A stretch of 64,000 bases of DNA from an uncultured delta proteobacterium (GTDB lineage: Bacteria; Desulfobacterota; RBG-13-43-22). The notes below the pieces were generated by a model that saw only the letters and a list, made by a program, of their open reading frames with translations, ran no database searches and had not been told where the DNA came from. The number at the start of each line of letters is the position of its first letter. The stretch's first letter is position 1. Position numbers and translations under genes: made by a program. Below, one piece after another: positions 19,728 through 27,248 of this stretch. The DNA is taken from NCBI GenBank assembly GCA_963802945.1, contig CAWDKY010000016.1, positions 224,001 to 288,000 of the forward strand, given 5' to 3'.

Positions 19728-20615
19728 TTACAGTAGGCCTGCTGCGGTCAGGGTATTCTTGACGAGTACGGCCTGTTCTGGTGTGAGCGGCGGAAGAGGC
19801 GGTTTCACATCGACCCGTATCGGATGGCCCAGCAGACGCAGGGCCTCCTTCATCAGGGCATGGGGTGCGGGCGCTCCGGCGATAAGGGGCAGCAATTGAT
19901 TGATCTCGGCCTGCAGGGGAGCCGCCTTCTCAAAATCGTTGGCCTTGAGGGCCTCGTAAAGACGAACCGCCGTCCGTGGTGCCACGTTCGGCAATGGACA
20001 GATGGCCCCGCAGGCGCCAACCCCCATGGTCTTGGTCAGGTTGACACAAATCCCGGTGAAGACGCTGAAGTCTTCATCGGCAGCATCGACCAGGCCCTTC
20101 ACCTCACTGGTTTTAAATATGGTTTCCTTGGCTCCGACCACGTTGTCGATCTTGGCTATCCTGGCAATTTGTTCGGGGGTAAGGACCAGATGACTGTGGC
20201 TGGGGAAATTGTAGAAAAGAACCGGAAGGTCCACCTGGTTACAGACGGTCTCGTAATGCTGATAAACAGAGTCTTCGTCCAGAGGATAGAAGACCGGCAA
20301 AGCCAAAAGTAAACCGTCGGCCCCGGCATCCTTGGCATAGCGGGCCATTTTGAGGGCGGCATCGGTCCCTCTCTCGTTAATGCCTACGATAACCGGCAAG
20401 GCACCGGCATTTGTTTCGATTACAGTATCAATAACCGATTTCTGGAGGTCGTGAGTGAGGTAAGGACACTCGCCATTACTTCCGAGGACGACCAGACCGT
20501 GCACCCCTGATTTGATCTGGTAGTTGGTCATCTTGGCCATAGCCGCCCGGTCAATTCCACCGGACTCATCATAGGCCGTTACCATTACGGTAAAAATCCC
20601 CTGAAACTTTTTCAC
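19728..20615 (-). CDS. Dihydrodipicolinate synthase family aldolase/lyase
   Basis: GSNGE, FYNFP, GAKE Schiff-base Lys; divergent from true DapA (GTTGE). Confidence 0.88.
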   Translation of the reverse strand: MKKFQGIFTVMVTAYDESGGIDRAAMAKMTNYQIKSGVHGLVVLGSNGECPYLTHDLQKSVIDTVIETNAGALPVIVGINERGTDAALKMARYAKDAGADGLLLALPVFYPLDEDSVYQHYETVCNQVDLPVLFYNFPSHSHLVLTPEQIARIAKIDNVVGAKETIFKTSEVKGLVDAADEDFSVFTGICVNLTKTMGVGACGAICPLPNVAPRTAVRLYEALKANDFEKAAPLQAEINQLLPLIAGAPAPHALMKEALRLLGHPIRVDVKPPLPPLTPEQAVLVKNTLTAAGLL

Positions 20616-20636
20616 CCTGGACCCCCTTTATTGGCT

Positions 20637-20969
20637 TTAATCAGATTTTGAAAATCGCAACAGACTCTTAAGTTTTTCAATTTTTTCTTCGTTCAACCCT
20701 TTTAAATCTGTGAAATCCAACCAGCCATCTTTTATCAACCGGGCAAAAACCAATTCAAGCATGGAATATCGGTAATCATATTTTTGATCGACTTCCTTCC
20801 TTTTCTCGGTCAGGAAATCATGCAGTTCCCAGATATCTTCCGGTTTTTTAATTTGTTCAGCCTTTTCACGGATCCTGCCTGCCAGATAAGTGCATTCCCG
20901 CTCAAAAGCTTTTTCAAAAGCTTCCTTGGCGATCTTCTTTTCGTTCTTTGACCAATTTACATAGTTCAT
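20637..20969 (-). CDS. Fluorescence recovery protein (FRP)-like protein
   Basis: WSKNEKKIA..AFEKAFERE, IWELHDFLTEKRKEVDQKYDYRYS, VFARLIKDG match the FRP signature LWxLHDFLSAKRHEIDGKYD.R.S...VFA.L.KEG. Confidence 0.85.
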   Translation of the reverse strand: MNYVNWSKNEKKIAKEAFEKAFERECTYLAGRIREKAEQIKKPEDIWELHDFLTEKRKEVDQKYDYRYSMLELVFARLIKDGWLDFTDLKGLNEEKIEKLKSLLRFSKSD

Positions 20970-21062
20970 GGCCTTTGCATCCTGCTGGTTTGAAAATCAG
21001 TGGTAGCAGTAGCCGGAATTCATTTTTTATGAAAACCCACCTACATGCAGTTGCTGGAGGGG

Positions 21063-21665
21063 TTATTTAAGATATTGCTCAATGATCTCACCTTTCCTAA
21101 AACAGTCAAGAGAGTGGTCGTTTACCATACCGGTAGCCTGCATATGCGCGTAACATATGGTAGAACCTAAAAATTTAAAACCCCTCTGCTTCAAGTCTTT
21201 GCTCAAGGCGTCCGACTCTTTGCTTGTTGCCGGGTAATCCGATAATTTCCTTATTTTATTGATTTTCGGTTTACCGCCGACAAACCCCCATATATATTTT
21301 GAAAAACTTCCATAGGCTGCTTGAACTTCAAGAAATTTACGGGCATTATTTACCGTTGCTTCAATTTTCAATCTATTTCTAATTATCCCCGGATTCTGTA
21401 AAAGTTTTTCAATCTTTGCCCGATTAAATCTGGAAATCTTTTCCGGTTCGAAATTTTCAAAGACCCTTCGGTAATTCTCCCTTTTTTTTAAAACCGTGAA
21501 CCAACTCAAACCTGCTTGGGCGGATTCCAAGGTCAGAAATTCAAAGATCAACCGGTCATCATAAACCGGCACACCCCATTCCTTATCGTGATATTCCACA
21601 TAATCGACTTTACTCAAATCGACCCAAGGACAACGGCAAATATTATTTTTCCTATTTTTTTTCAT
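21063..21665 (-). CDS. tag: DNA-3-methyladenine glycosylase I
   Basis: RCPW, YHDKEWG, LESAQAGLSW, IIRNRLKI, GMVNDH..C. Confidence 0.96.
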   Translation of the reverse strand: MKKNRKNNICRCPWVDLSKVDYVEYHDKEWGVPVYDDRLIFEFLTLESAQAGLSWFTVLKKRENYRRVFENFEPEKISRFNRAKIEKLLQNPGIIRNRLKIEATVNNARKFLEVQAAYGSFSKYIWGFVGGKPKINKIRKLSDYPATSKESDALSKDLKQRGFKFLGSTICYAHMQATGMVNDHSLDCFRKGEIIEQYLK

Positions 21666-21682
21666 TTGTCAACGAACTCATC

Positions 21683-21755
21683 TTCCAATGCGGCGTTGAC
21701 CCGTGGCACGCCGCTTGCGGGGGCCGAAGGCCCCATGCAAGCATGATCGGGGTCA
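21683..21755 (-). other. Truncated or degenerate attC-like site abutting the transposase IR
   Basis: TTCCAAT-GCGGCGTTGACCCG ... CGGGGTC with internal hairpin GCTTGC..GCAAGC; the second arm is replaced by GGGTCAGGTCT. Confidence 0.45.
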
Positions 21756-22683
21756 GGTCTATTTTTTCAACATTATTTATTTTACCTGTGTCCGTATAAT
21801 ACGGCTTATTGAAGAAAAATGTAATCCTAAATACGCAGAAACTTGCTTCTGGGTGTAACCGTGTCTCTCCACTGCCTTCAATATCCGTTTATTTCTTGCT
21901 TCCTTTTTTCGAATCAATTCGGGGATAATATTTTTTCCAGACTGGGTCTGTTAATAAAACGTTGGCTTTTTGATATGTCGGGAATTGCCTCTTTCCCCTT
22001 CAGATGATCTTTTAAACGTTCCACAAAAGAATCCTCCCCTAGGATGCTCTGAGCTCTCAAATCCTTCCAAATAGATTCCGATCTTATTCCAGCCCTAACA
22101 AACTGGCGATAGATTCCTTCCGCCTTCATTCTTTTGGGTGAAAGTTGCCCTAAGATCCCATCAACGGTAAGGCAGGAGGGCTTACTTCGCTGCCCTGCTG
22201 TAGCCGCATAGCTGCTCCATTTCCACTGGTTCGGGTTTTTTATGAGTTTTGCCCTTACCGGATTCAGTACGATATAACGGGAAACTTCAAGAAGATGGCT
22301 ATCTTTTTGCACCAGAATACCCTTGAATCTCCCCTGGAATAAATGACCAACGGTTCCATGTCGCTTATTGAACAACTGGGTAAACACCCCATTTAATTGT
22401 CTCATCCCAATGGAAAGGTTTCCATCAGGTGTTTCGATAAGCAAATGATAATGATTATTCATCAGACAATAGGCATGGCAGAGCCAGTTATAGCGCGTGT
22501 TAACCTGGTAAAGGATTTTGAGGAAATCCTCACGGTCGTGATCATCCTTAAAAATCTCATTTTTGTTATTTCCTCGGCTGGTCACATGATAAAAAGCCCC
22601 GGGAAATACTATGCGTAGAGGACGTGCCATGAGTATCCTATATCATTACTATATCTTCAATGTCAAGAAAATAGACCTGACCC
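21750..22683 (-). mobile_element. IR-bounded element carrying a Y1 HUH (RAYT-type) transposase
   Basis: Perfect 16-bp inverted repeats GGGTCAGGTCTATTTT (21750-65) / AAAATAGACCTGACCC (22668-83), 22/25 when extended. Confidence 0.8.
21777..22630 (-). CDS. Y1 tyrosine transposase (RAYT-like) with C-terminal HTH; frameshift near 21918
   Basis: MARPLR, YHVTSRGN, LMNNHYHLL (HUH), GHLFQGRF, YIVLNPVRA, WSSY; the shifted frame continues ..RHGYTQKQVSAYLGLHFSSISRII.. to TAA at 21777. Confidence 0.88.
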
Positions 22684-22704
22684 TAATTCCCGCGCCGCAG
22701 GCGG

Positions 22705-22764
22705 CGCCAACGGCGGGCATCACCGGAGTGCGTCAGCGTGTCCGTGTGCATGCCATCGTTGGGC
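22705..22764 (-). other. attC site (60 bp)
   Basis: Minus strand GCCCAAC-GATG-GCATGCAC..GTGATGC-CCGCC-GTTGGCG: R'' and R' cores, L'' has one extra base relative to L'; starts 5 nt after the gene stop. Confidence 0.85.
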
Positions 22765-22769
22765 TTATT

Positions 22770-23636
22770 TTAATCATCAGATTTTGATAGTTGTCTGATC
22801 ACTTGCTTAAGCTCTAGGATCTCAATTGATTGTGGGCAACCAGACCAGTTATGACGCCAGCAGACTATAATGTCACAGCCCTCAGGTGAATGTCCATGGT
22901 CCTTAAAGTTACGGCTTTCATATTCAAATTCAATCCTGACACGCTGCCATTTCCCAGCAGCAATTTGCTGTTTAGCTTCGCAGTCCGGGAAACCCGCTTG
23001 AACAGACTCAACATAATAACCAAGTTCTTTTGCGACCATTCCAAAGAGAAATATCACTCCATTTTCATTTATTGGCTCATGCCTTAACCCACGAAAGTCA
23101 ATTGGATTACCATAGGTTGGGCTACTTTCTAACTTTGTATGATGTGGAATAGACCGGCTGTGTGTAGGTTCATCACTTTCGCGTTCTATTTCACTCTGTA
23201 TAGATAAGGTTGATGATTGAGATGGTGGCAGAGGCATGAGTGCAATAACATCAGCCCATTCAGGTTTGCTCATGGCGAACTTTCGAAAATAATCCGGGAT
23301 GGAGGACCATGGCCCAAAGTGACTTGCAAAAGTGTTAACTCCGAAATTTCCTTCACGCCTATATTGATGTCTAGTTGGAATTTCTCTGTTCTTACGGACT
23401 AATTCTCCCCAATCTTGGAGTAGTTCAATATCTTCAATACGGATGTTTGTATCATCTGATTGTATCCCGGCTGCTTTTAGTGCAGCTCTCCAACTTTTGA
23501 AGTGAGTAAGTACTTTATATTCACTTATTCCAGAGTGTGAAATAAACTTTGAGCGCGACAATGGTTGCCCAAGTTCTTGAGCAGCTTTACGAATTGCATC
23601 GAGTATTTCATCTCGCGTTGGCATATTTTCTGTCAT
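22770..23636 (-). CDS. Cassette gene: homing-endonuclease-associated repeats plus putative PD-(D/E)XK nuclease domain
   Basis: Two repeats ending HFKSWRAALKAAG / HFGPWS; C-domain FPDCEA..RIEFEYESRNFKDHGH..CDIIVCW. Confidence 0.65.
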   Translation of the reverse strand: MTENMPTRDEILDAIRKAAQELGQPLSRSKFISHSGISEYKVLTHFKSWRAALKAAGIQSDDTNIRIEDIELLQDWGELVRKNREIPTRHQYRREGNFGVNTFASHFGPWSSIPDYFRKFAMSKPEWADVIALMPLPPSQSSTLSIQSEIERESDEPTHSRSIPHHTKLESSPTYGNPIDFRGLRHEPINENGVIFLFGMVAKELGYYVESVQAGFPDCEAKQQIAAGKWQRVRIEFEYESRNFKDHGHSPEGCDIIVCWRHNWSGCPQSIEILELKQVIRQLSKSDD

Positions 23637-23655
23637 TTTAATTTATTCTCCATGA

Positions 23656-23693
23656 GCCCAACATGGGCTTCAGCGGGAAGCCCATGGTTATAG
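23656..23693 (-). other. Shortened attC site (38 bp)
   Basis: Minus strand CTATAAC-CATGGGCTTCCCGCTGAAGCCCAT-GTTGGGC; R'' overlaps the TAA of the upstream gene. Confidence 0.7.
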
Positions 23694-24320
23694 CTTCTTT
23701 ACGTCAGGGAAACACCCTGCCATCCTCCCCATTATGACGATTAAGTAGAGATACGATTGAAAACAAACAAAATCGCATAGCTCCGGTTCGTTGAGAACCT
23801 TACCAACAGAATAACCAAACCCACCGGCAGGGAGACTCACCAGATTGTAAGCTGAGCCCATAGGGTCGCCATGGGTCAAGGAATTGAAGGTGTTGCAGAT
23901 GTCCTGAGCTTGTTTTGTGTCCACCTCTTTACTCATGGTGGTTAGCATTGTGGCAAGACTGGGACGTTCCTTATGCCGCCAACCATTCTGCCACAAAGAG
24001 ACTTCTTGAGGTTTTTCATGCAGGTACGAAATGATGGCGGCTCGCTCGATGAGGGGGCGCATGAGAACGGCTGCGGCAAATAGATAACCTTGGCGGACCA
24101 GTTCCCGAATGCTCAAGGCCAAATTAATACCCTGCGGGATAAGCTGGCAAGCCGCTTTCTGCAAGTCATTCATCTCGTTTTTATGCGTATAGGCTGCAAT
24201 CTCAGCATTTGCTTCCAAGCAAGACAGAATAACCTGGTCGAAGTGAAAGACAGACTCTCTCCCAAGATACGGTTCGTTGTCCGGAGTGAATACAGGTGCT
24301 TTTTTCGATGCCTCATTCAT
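23688..24320 (-). CDS. Cassette gene, DUF5677-like helical protein
   Basis: LVRQGYLFAAAVLMRPLIER and NSLTHGDP motifs; ATG 24320 lies 20 nt inside the GTTATAGC core site. Confidence 0.6.
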   Translation of the reverse strand: MNEASKKAPVFTPDNEPYLGRESVFHFDQVILSCLEANAEIAAYTHKNEMNDLQKAACQLIPQGINLALSIRELVRQGYLFAAAVLMRPLIERAAIISYLHEKPQEVSLWQNGWRHKERPSLATMLTTMSKEVDTKQAQDICNTFNSLTHGDPMGSAYNLVSLPAGGFGYSVGKVLNEPELCDFVCFQSYLYLIVIMGRMAGCFPDVKKL

Positions 24321-24332
24321 CTTCTTTTTCCT

Positions 24333-24372
24333 GCTATAACAAATTATTGAACAGTTTTCTGGATAATAACAT
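24333..24372 (-). other. Putative attI-like site at the head of the cassette array
   Basis: Minus strand GTTATTATCCAGAAAACTGTTCAATAATTT-GTTATAGC: core site with no attC palindrome, preceded by direct GTT motifs in AT-rich DNA. Confidence 0.45.
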
Positions 24373-24511
24373 GAAGTTTCAGTATATTCAATAAAATAGA
24401 AAAAATATCTAAACGTAACCACATAAATTTATTATACTTATACGCTTGTATAACATACCTTTCTTGCTGTTTTCCAGTTTCTGTTTAACTTCCTTCAAGA
24501 ACTTTGAGTTT

Positions 24512-24847
24512 TTATATTTTTGAACGGATGAGTCTATTTAACAGTATATCTTCAATGTTTGGTCGTGAATCCAAAACAGAAAGCACATAAACATTCTTTT
24601 CAGATATTCTATAAAGGATTCTCCAGGGTGGAACAATCAATTCCCGATACTGTAGGATACCATGATCCTGCAACTCCGGAACGATGCGGCCTCTTTCCGG
24701 AAAGTTATAAAGGCTGGAGGCTTTTTGTTTTAGGTTGTTGAATATCCTCACGGCTTCCGATAGGCTGTCATCCGCGATATATTCGATAATACTTTTTAAA
24801 TCATCCTCGGCAATATTGGACCAGACAACTCCGTATTTGGGCTTCAT
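24512..24847 (-). CDS. RelE/ParE family toxin
   Basis: VVWSNIAEDDLKSIIEYIA, FPERGRIVPEL, YRELIVPPWRILYRI. Confidence 0.9.
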   Translation of the reverse strand: MKPKYGVVWSNIAEDDLKSIIEYIADDSLSEAVRIFNNLKQKASSLYNFPERGRIVPELQDHGILQYRELIVPPWRILYRISEKNVYVLSVLDSRPNIEDILLNRLIRSKI

Positions 24848-25125
24848 TTCATCTTTTCTTTCAGAAGATGATCCATATTTTTAAAAACTTCCTGCTGAGA
24901 TTTTACTTTCCCTTCCCGTATTTCCTGTTCACCCTGGGATATCAATTTTAATATTCCGATAGCATTCCGCATATCCTCATAACTTTTAGGATCTTGCAGA
25001 ATGGCTTTGGGCTCTCCGTTTTGAGTAATGATAACCGGACGATGGGTTTCATTGATTTGTTTTAACAGATCGGATGCTCTTGCCTTAAGGTAGGTTACTG
25101 GTTTTATGTCCTGGAAAATATTCAT
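24844..25125 (-). CDS. Phd/YefM family antitoxin
   Basis: DIKPVTYLK..RPVIITQNGEPKAIL; ATGA overlap; upstream TTGACA and CGGTCT-N18-AGACCG palindrome. Confidence 0.9.
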   Translation of the reverse strand: MNIFQDIKPVTYLKARASDLLKQINETHRPVIITQNGEPKAILQDPKSYEDMRNAIGILKLISQGEQEIREGKVKSQQEVFKNMDHLLKEKMK

Positions 25126-25342
25126 AAGATCACCTCCGGTCTATTTATAGTACCAAATTAAGACCGATGTCAAGTCGGAATTTTAATCTTACTCATCCAC
25201 AATAATAAATAGCCTTGAGTATTCTTGGGGTCAAGGGTCAGGCATAAAAGTATTTGAAGTCTTAGCGAAGGATTCAGATTTCGGTCAGTTTTTTTAGCGC
25301 AGAAATAAACCCTAAACTATACCTTGGGTTTGACTGTTCTCC

Positions 25343-25575
25343 GCCATACCGGACCCCGTATCAAGTACGGGGCAGGCCCGATCCGGAATCCAGTCTTTTC
25401 AACCTGGATTCCCGCTTTCGAGACTGTGTCGTAATAGCGGACAGCGCCATCAAAGCCGTCATGCCGGCGAAAGCCGGCATCCAGAACTTAATGAAAATAC
25501 TGGATTCCGTGTCGCGTTTCGATTGCACGGAATGACAAAAATATAATTGCGACACAGTCTCTTCGCGGGAATGAC
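25343..25575. repeat. REP-like double palindrome interrupted by a MITE
   Basis: Removing 25420-25564 restores CTGGATTCCCGCTTTCGCGGGAATGAC. Confidence 0.85.
25420..25561. mobile_element. 142-bp MITE with 16-bp TIRs and a TTC target duplication, containing a REP-like dimer
   Basis: GAGACTGTGTCGTAAT / ATTGCGACACAGTCTC (15/16); TTC at 25417-19 and 25562-64. Confidence 0.88.
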
Positions 25576-25763
25576 GACACTAGAACTATTATAACCCTAC
25601 TATTGCAACACGACACTAGCAGTATTTAGAGTAATGGAGAAGGTTTTGGATTTTGGTCAGATTAGTTGGGTTCGTGATTAAAAATTAAATTCCGGATTTG
25701 AAAACAAGCAGCTAAAATCTTTTAGGCATGAATGTCTTTTGACGATCGTTTCATTGACACGAT

Positions 25764-26477
25764 TCATTTACCCAGATAAGCCCGGCGGACCTGGTCATCG
25801 GCCAGAAGCTCGTGGGCCGGGCCTTCCAAGGCAATCGCTCCGGTTTCCAGTACATAGCCGTATTGGGCCACCTGCAAAGCGGCCCGGGCATTTTGTTCAA
25901 CAAGAAGAATGGTGGTCTCTTGATCGTTGAGACGGCGGATCACCTTGAATATTTCATGGACGAACAAGGGTGCCAGTCCCATAGAGGGTTCATCCAAAAG
26001 CAGGAGTTTGGGACGGGACATCAGGGCCCTGGCTATGGCCAACATCTGTTGTTCTCCCCCGCTCATAGTTCCGGCCAATTGTTTGGAGCGTTTTCTTAGG
26101 ATGGGGAATAGATCATAAATCCAATCCAGTTTTTCTTCGATCTCATGTTTAAATTTCCGATTGTGATACAAATAAGCCCCCAAATGCAGATTATCCAATA
26201 CGGTCAGATGGGAAAACAACTGCCGGCCTTCCGGAACCTGAGAAATCCCCATGGAAACAATCTTGGCCGGAGCATATTGAACGATGTTGGTTTCCTGATA
26301 CCAAACAGCCCCGCTATTGGCTTGAATCACACCGGATATGGTTTTAAGCAAAGTGGACTTTCCGGCGCCATTGGCCCCAATAATAGTCACAATATCGCCT
26401 TCTCCCACCTTAAGGGAGATGTTTTTTAAGGCCTGAATCGTACCGTAAAAGGCATTGACACCCTCCAGCTTAAGCAT
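25764..26477 (-). CDS. livF: Branched-chain amino acid ABC transporter ATPase LivF
   Basis: GANGAGKST, MSGGEQQMLAIARAL, LLDEPSMGLAP, VEQNA. Confidence 0.93.
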   Translation of the reverse strand: MLKLEGVNAFYGTIQALKNISLKVGEGDIVTIIGANGAGKSTLLKTISGVIQANSGAVWYQETNIVQYAPAKIVSMGISQVPEGRQLFSHLTVLDNLHLGAYLYHNRKFKHEIEEKLDWIYDLFPILRKRSKQLAGTMSGGEQQMLAIARALMSRPKLLLLDEPSMGLAPLFVHEIFKVIRRLNDQETTILLVEQNARAALQVAQYGYVLETGAIALEGPAHELLADDQVRRAYLGK

Positions 26478-27246
26478 AGTCGATCTCCCCGCCCAAATAG
26501 GCTTCGATTACCAGGGGATCGTTTTGAATAAGCTCCGGAGGGCCTTCAGCAATCTTCTGCCCGTAATTGACCACCATGATTTCATCCGAAACCTTCATTA
26601 CCAACCGCATATCGTGCTCAACCAACAGAATGGTGATACCCCGATCCCGGATGGAGTAAAGCAGTTCCGACAGGCCGTTGGTTTCCGATTCATTGAGGCC
26701 GGCCGCCGGTTCATCCAAAAGCAGCAACTGAGGGTCAGAGGCCAAGGCCCTCAGGATCTCCAAAGTTTTTTGTTCTCCCAGGGGCAGGCTGGAGGCAGGA
26801 AGATGGGCCTTGGAAGAGAGCCCGGCCATCGTAAGTAGATTCATAGAGCTTCGGAAAATTTGGGACTCTTCTCTTTTCATGCGGGGCAGACGCAGGCCCG
26901 AGGCCAGCAAACCGCTGCTGAACCGGCTGTGACAACCCACCATGACGTTTTCCAGAACATTCATATTTTCAAAGAGGTCAATAGTCTGGAAGGTCCGGGA
27001 AATACCCATTCCGGCGATACGGTGAGGTTTCTGATTGGTGATGTCTTTCCCCTGAAAAAAAATCTGCCCTTCGGAGACTGGATAAATTCCTGAAATTAAG
27101 TTAAAGAAAGTGGTTTTCCCCGCACCGTTAGGGCCGATGATCGATTTGATCCGACCGGATTCAACCTCGAAGGATAAATCGACGATAGCCAGCAGACCTC
27201 CGAAGGCCTTTTTAAGGTTTTCAATCTTTAAGAGAGAGTCCGCCAA
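26470..27246 (-). CDS. livG: Branched-chain amino acid ABC transporter ATPase LivG
   Basis: GPNGAGKTT, RTFQ, LLDEPAAG, VEHDM, VIEAYLG. Confidence 0.93.
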   Translation of the reverse strand: MADSLLKIENLKKAFGGLLAIVDLSFEVESGRIKSIIGPNGAGKTTFFNLISGIYPVSEGQIFFQGKDITNQKPHRIAGMGISRTFQTIDLFENMNVLENVMVGCHSRFSSGLLASGLRLPRMKREESQIFRSSMNLLTMAGLSSKAHLPASSLPLGEQKTLEILRALASDPQLLLLDEPAAGLNESETNGLSELLYSIRDRGITILLVEHDMRLVMKVSDEIMVVNYGQKIAEGPPELIQNDPLVIEAYLGGEIDYA

Positions 27247-27248
27247 AA

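Noticed and set aside
20970-21062. Possible attC between tag and the FRP-like gene
   Set aside because: A TAAC overlaps the tag stop but I find no matching L boxes or GTT core, so cassette status of the FRP-like gene is unproven
24321-24422. N-terminal extension of the DUF5677-like ORF
   Set aside because: Runs across the cassette boundary into AT-rich att DNA; ATG 24320 fits cassette structure
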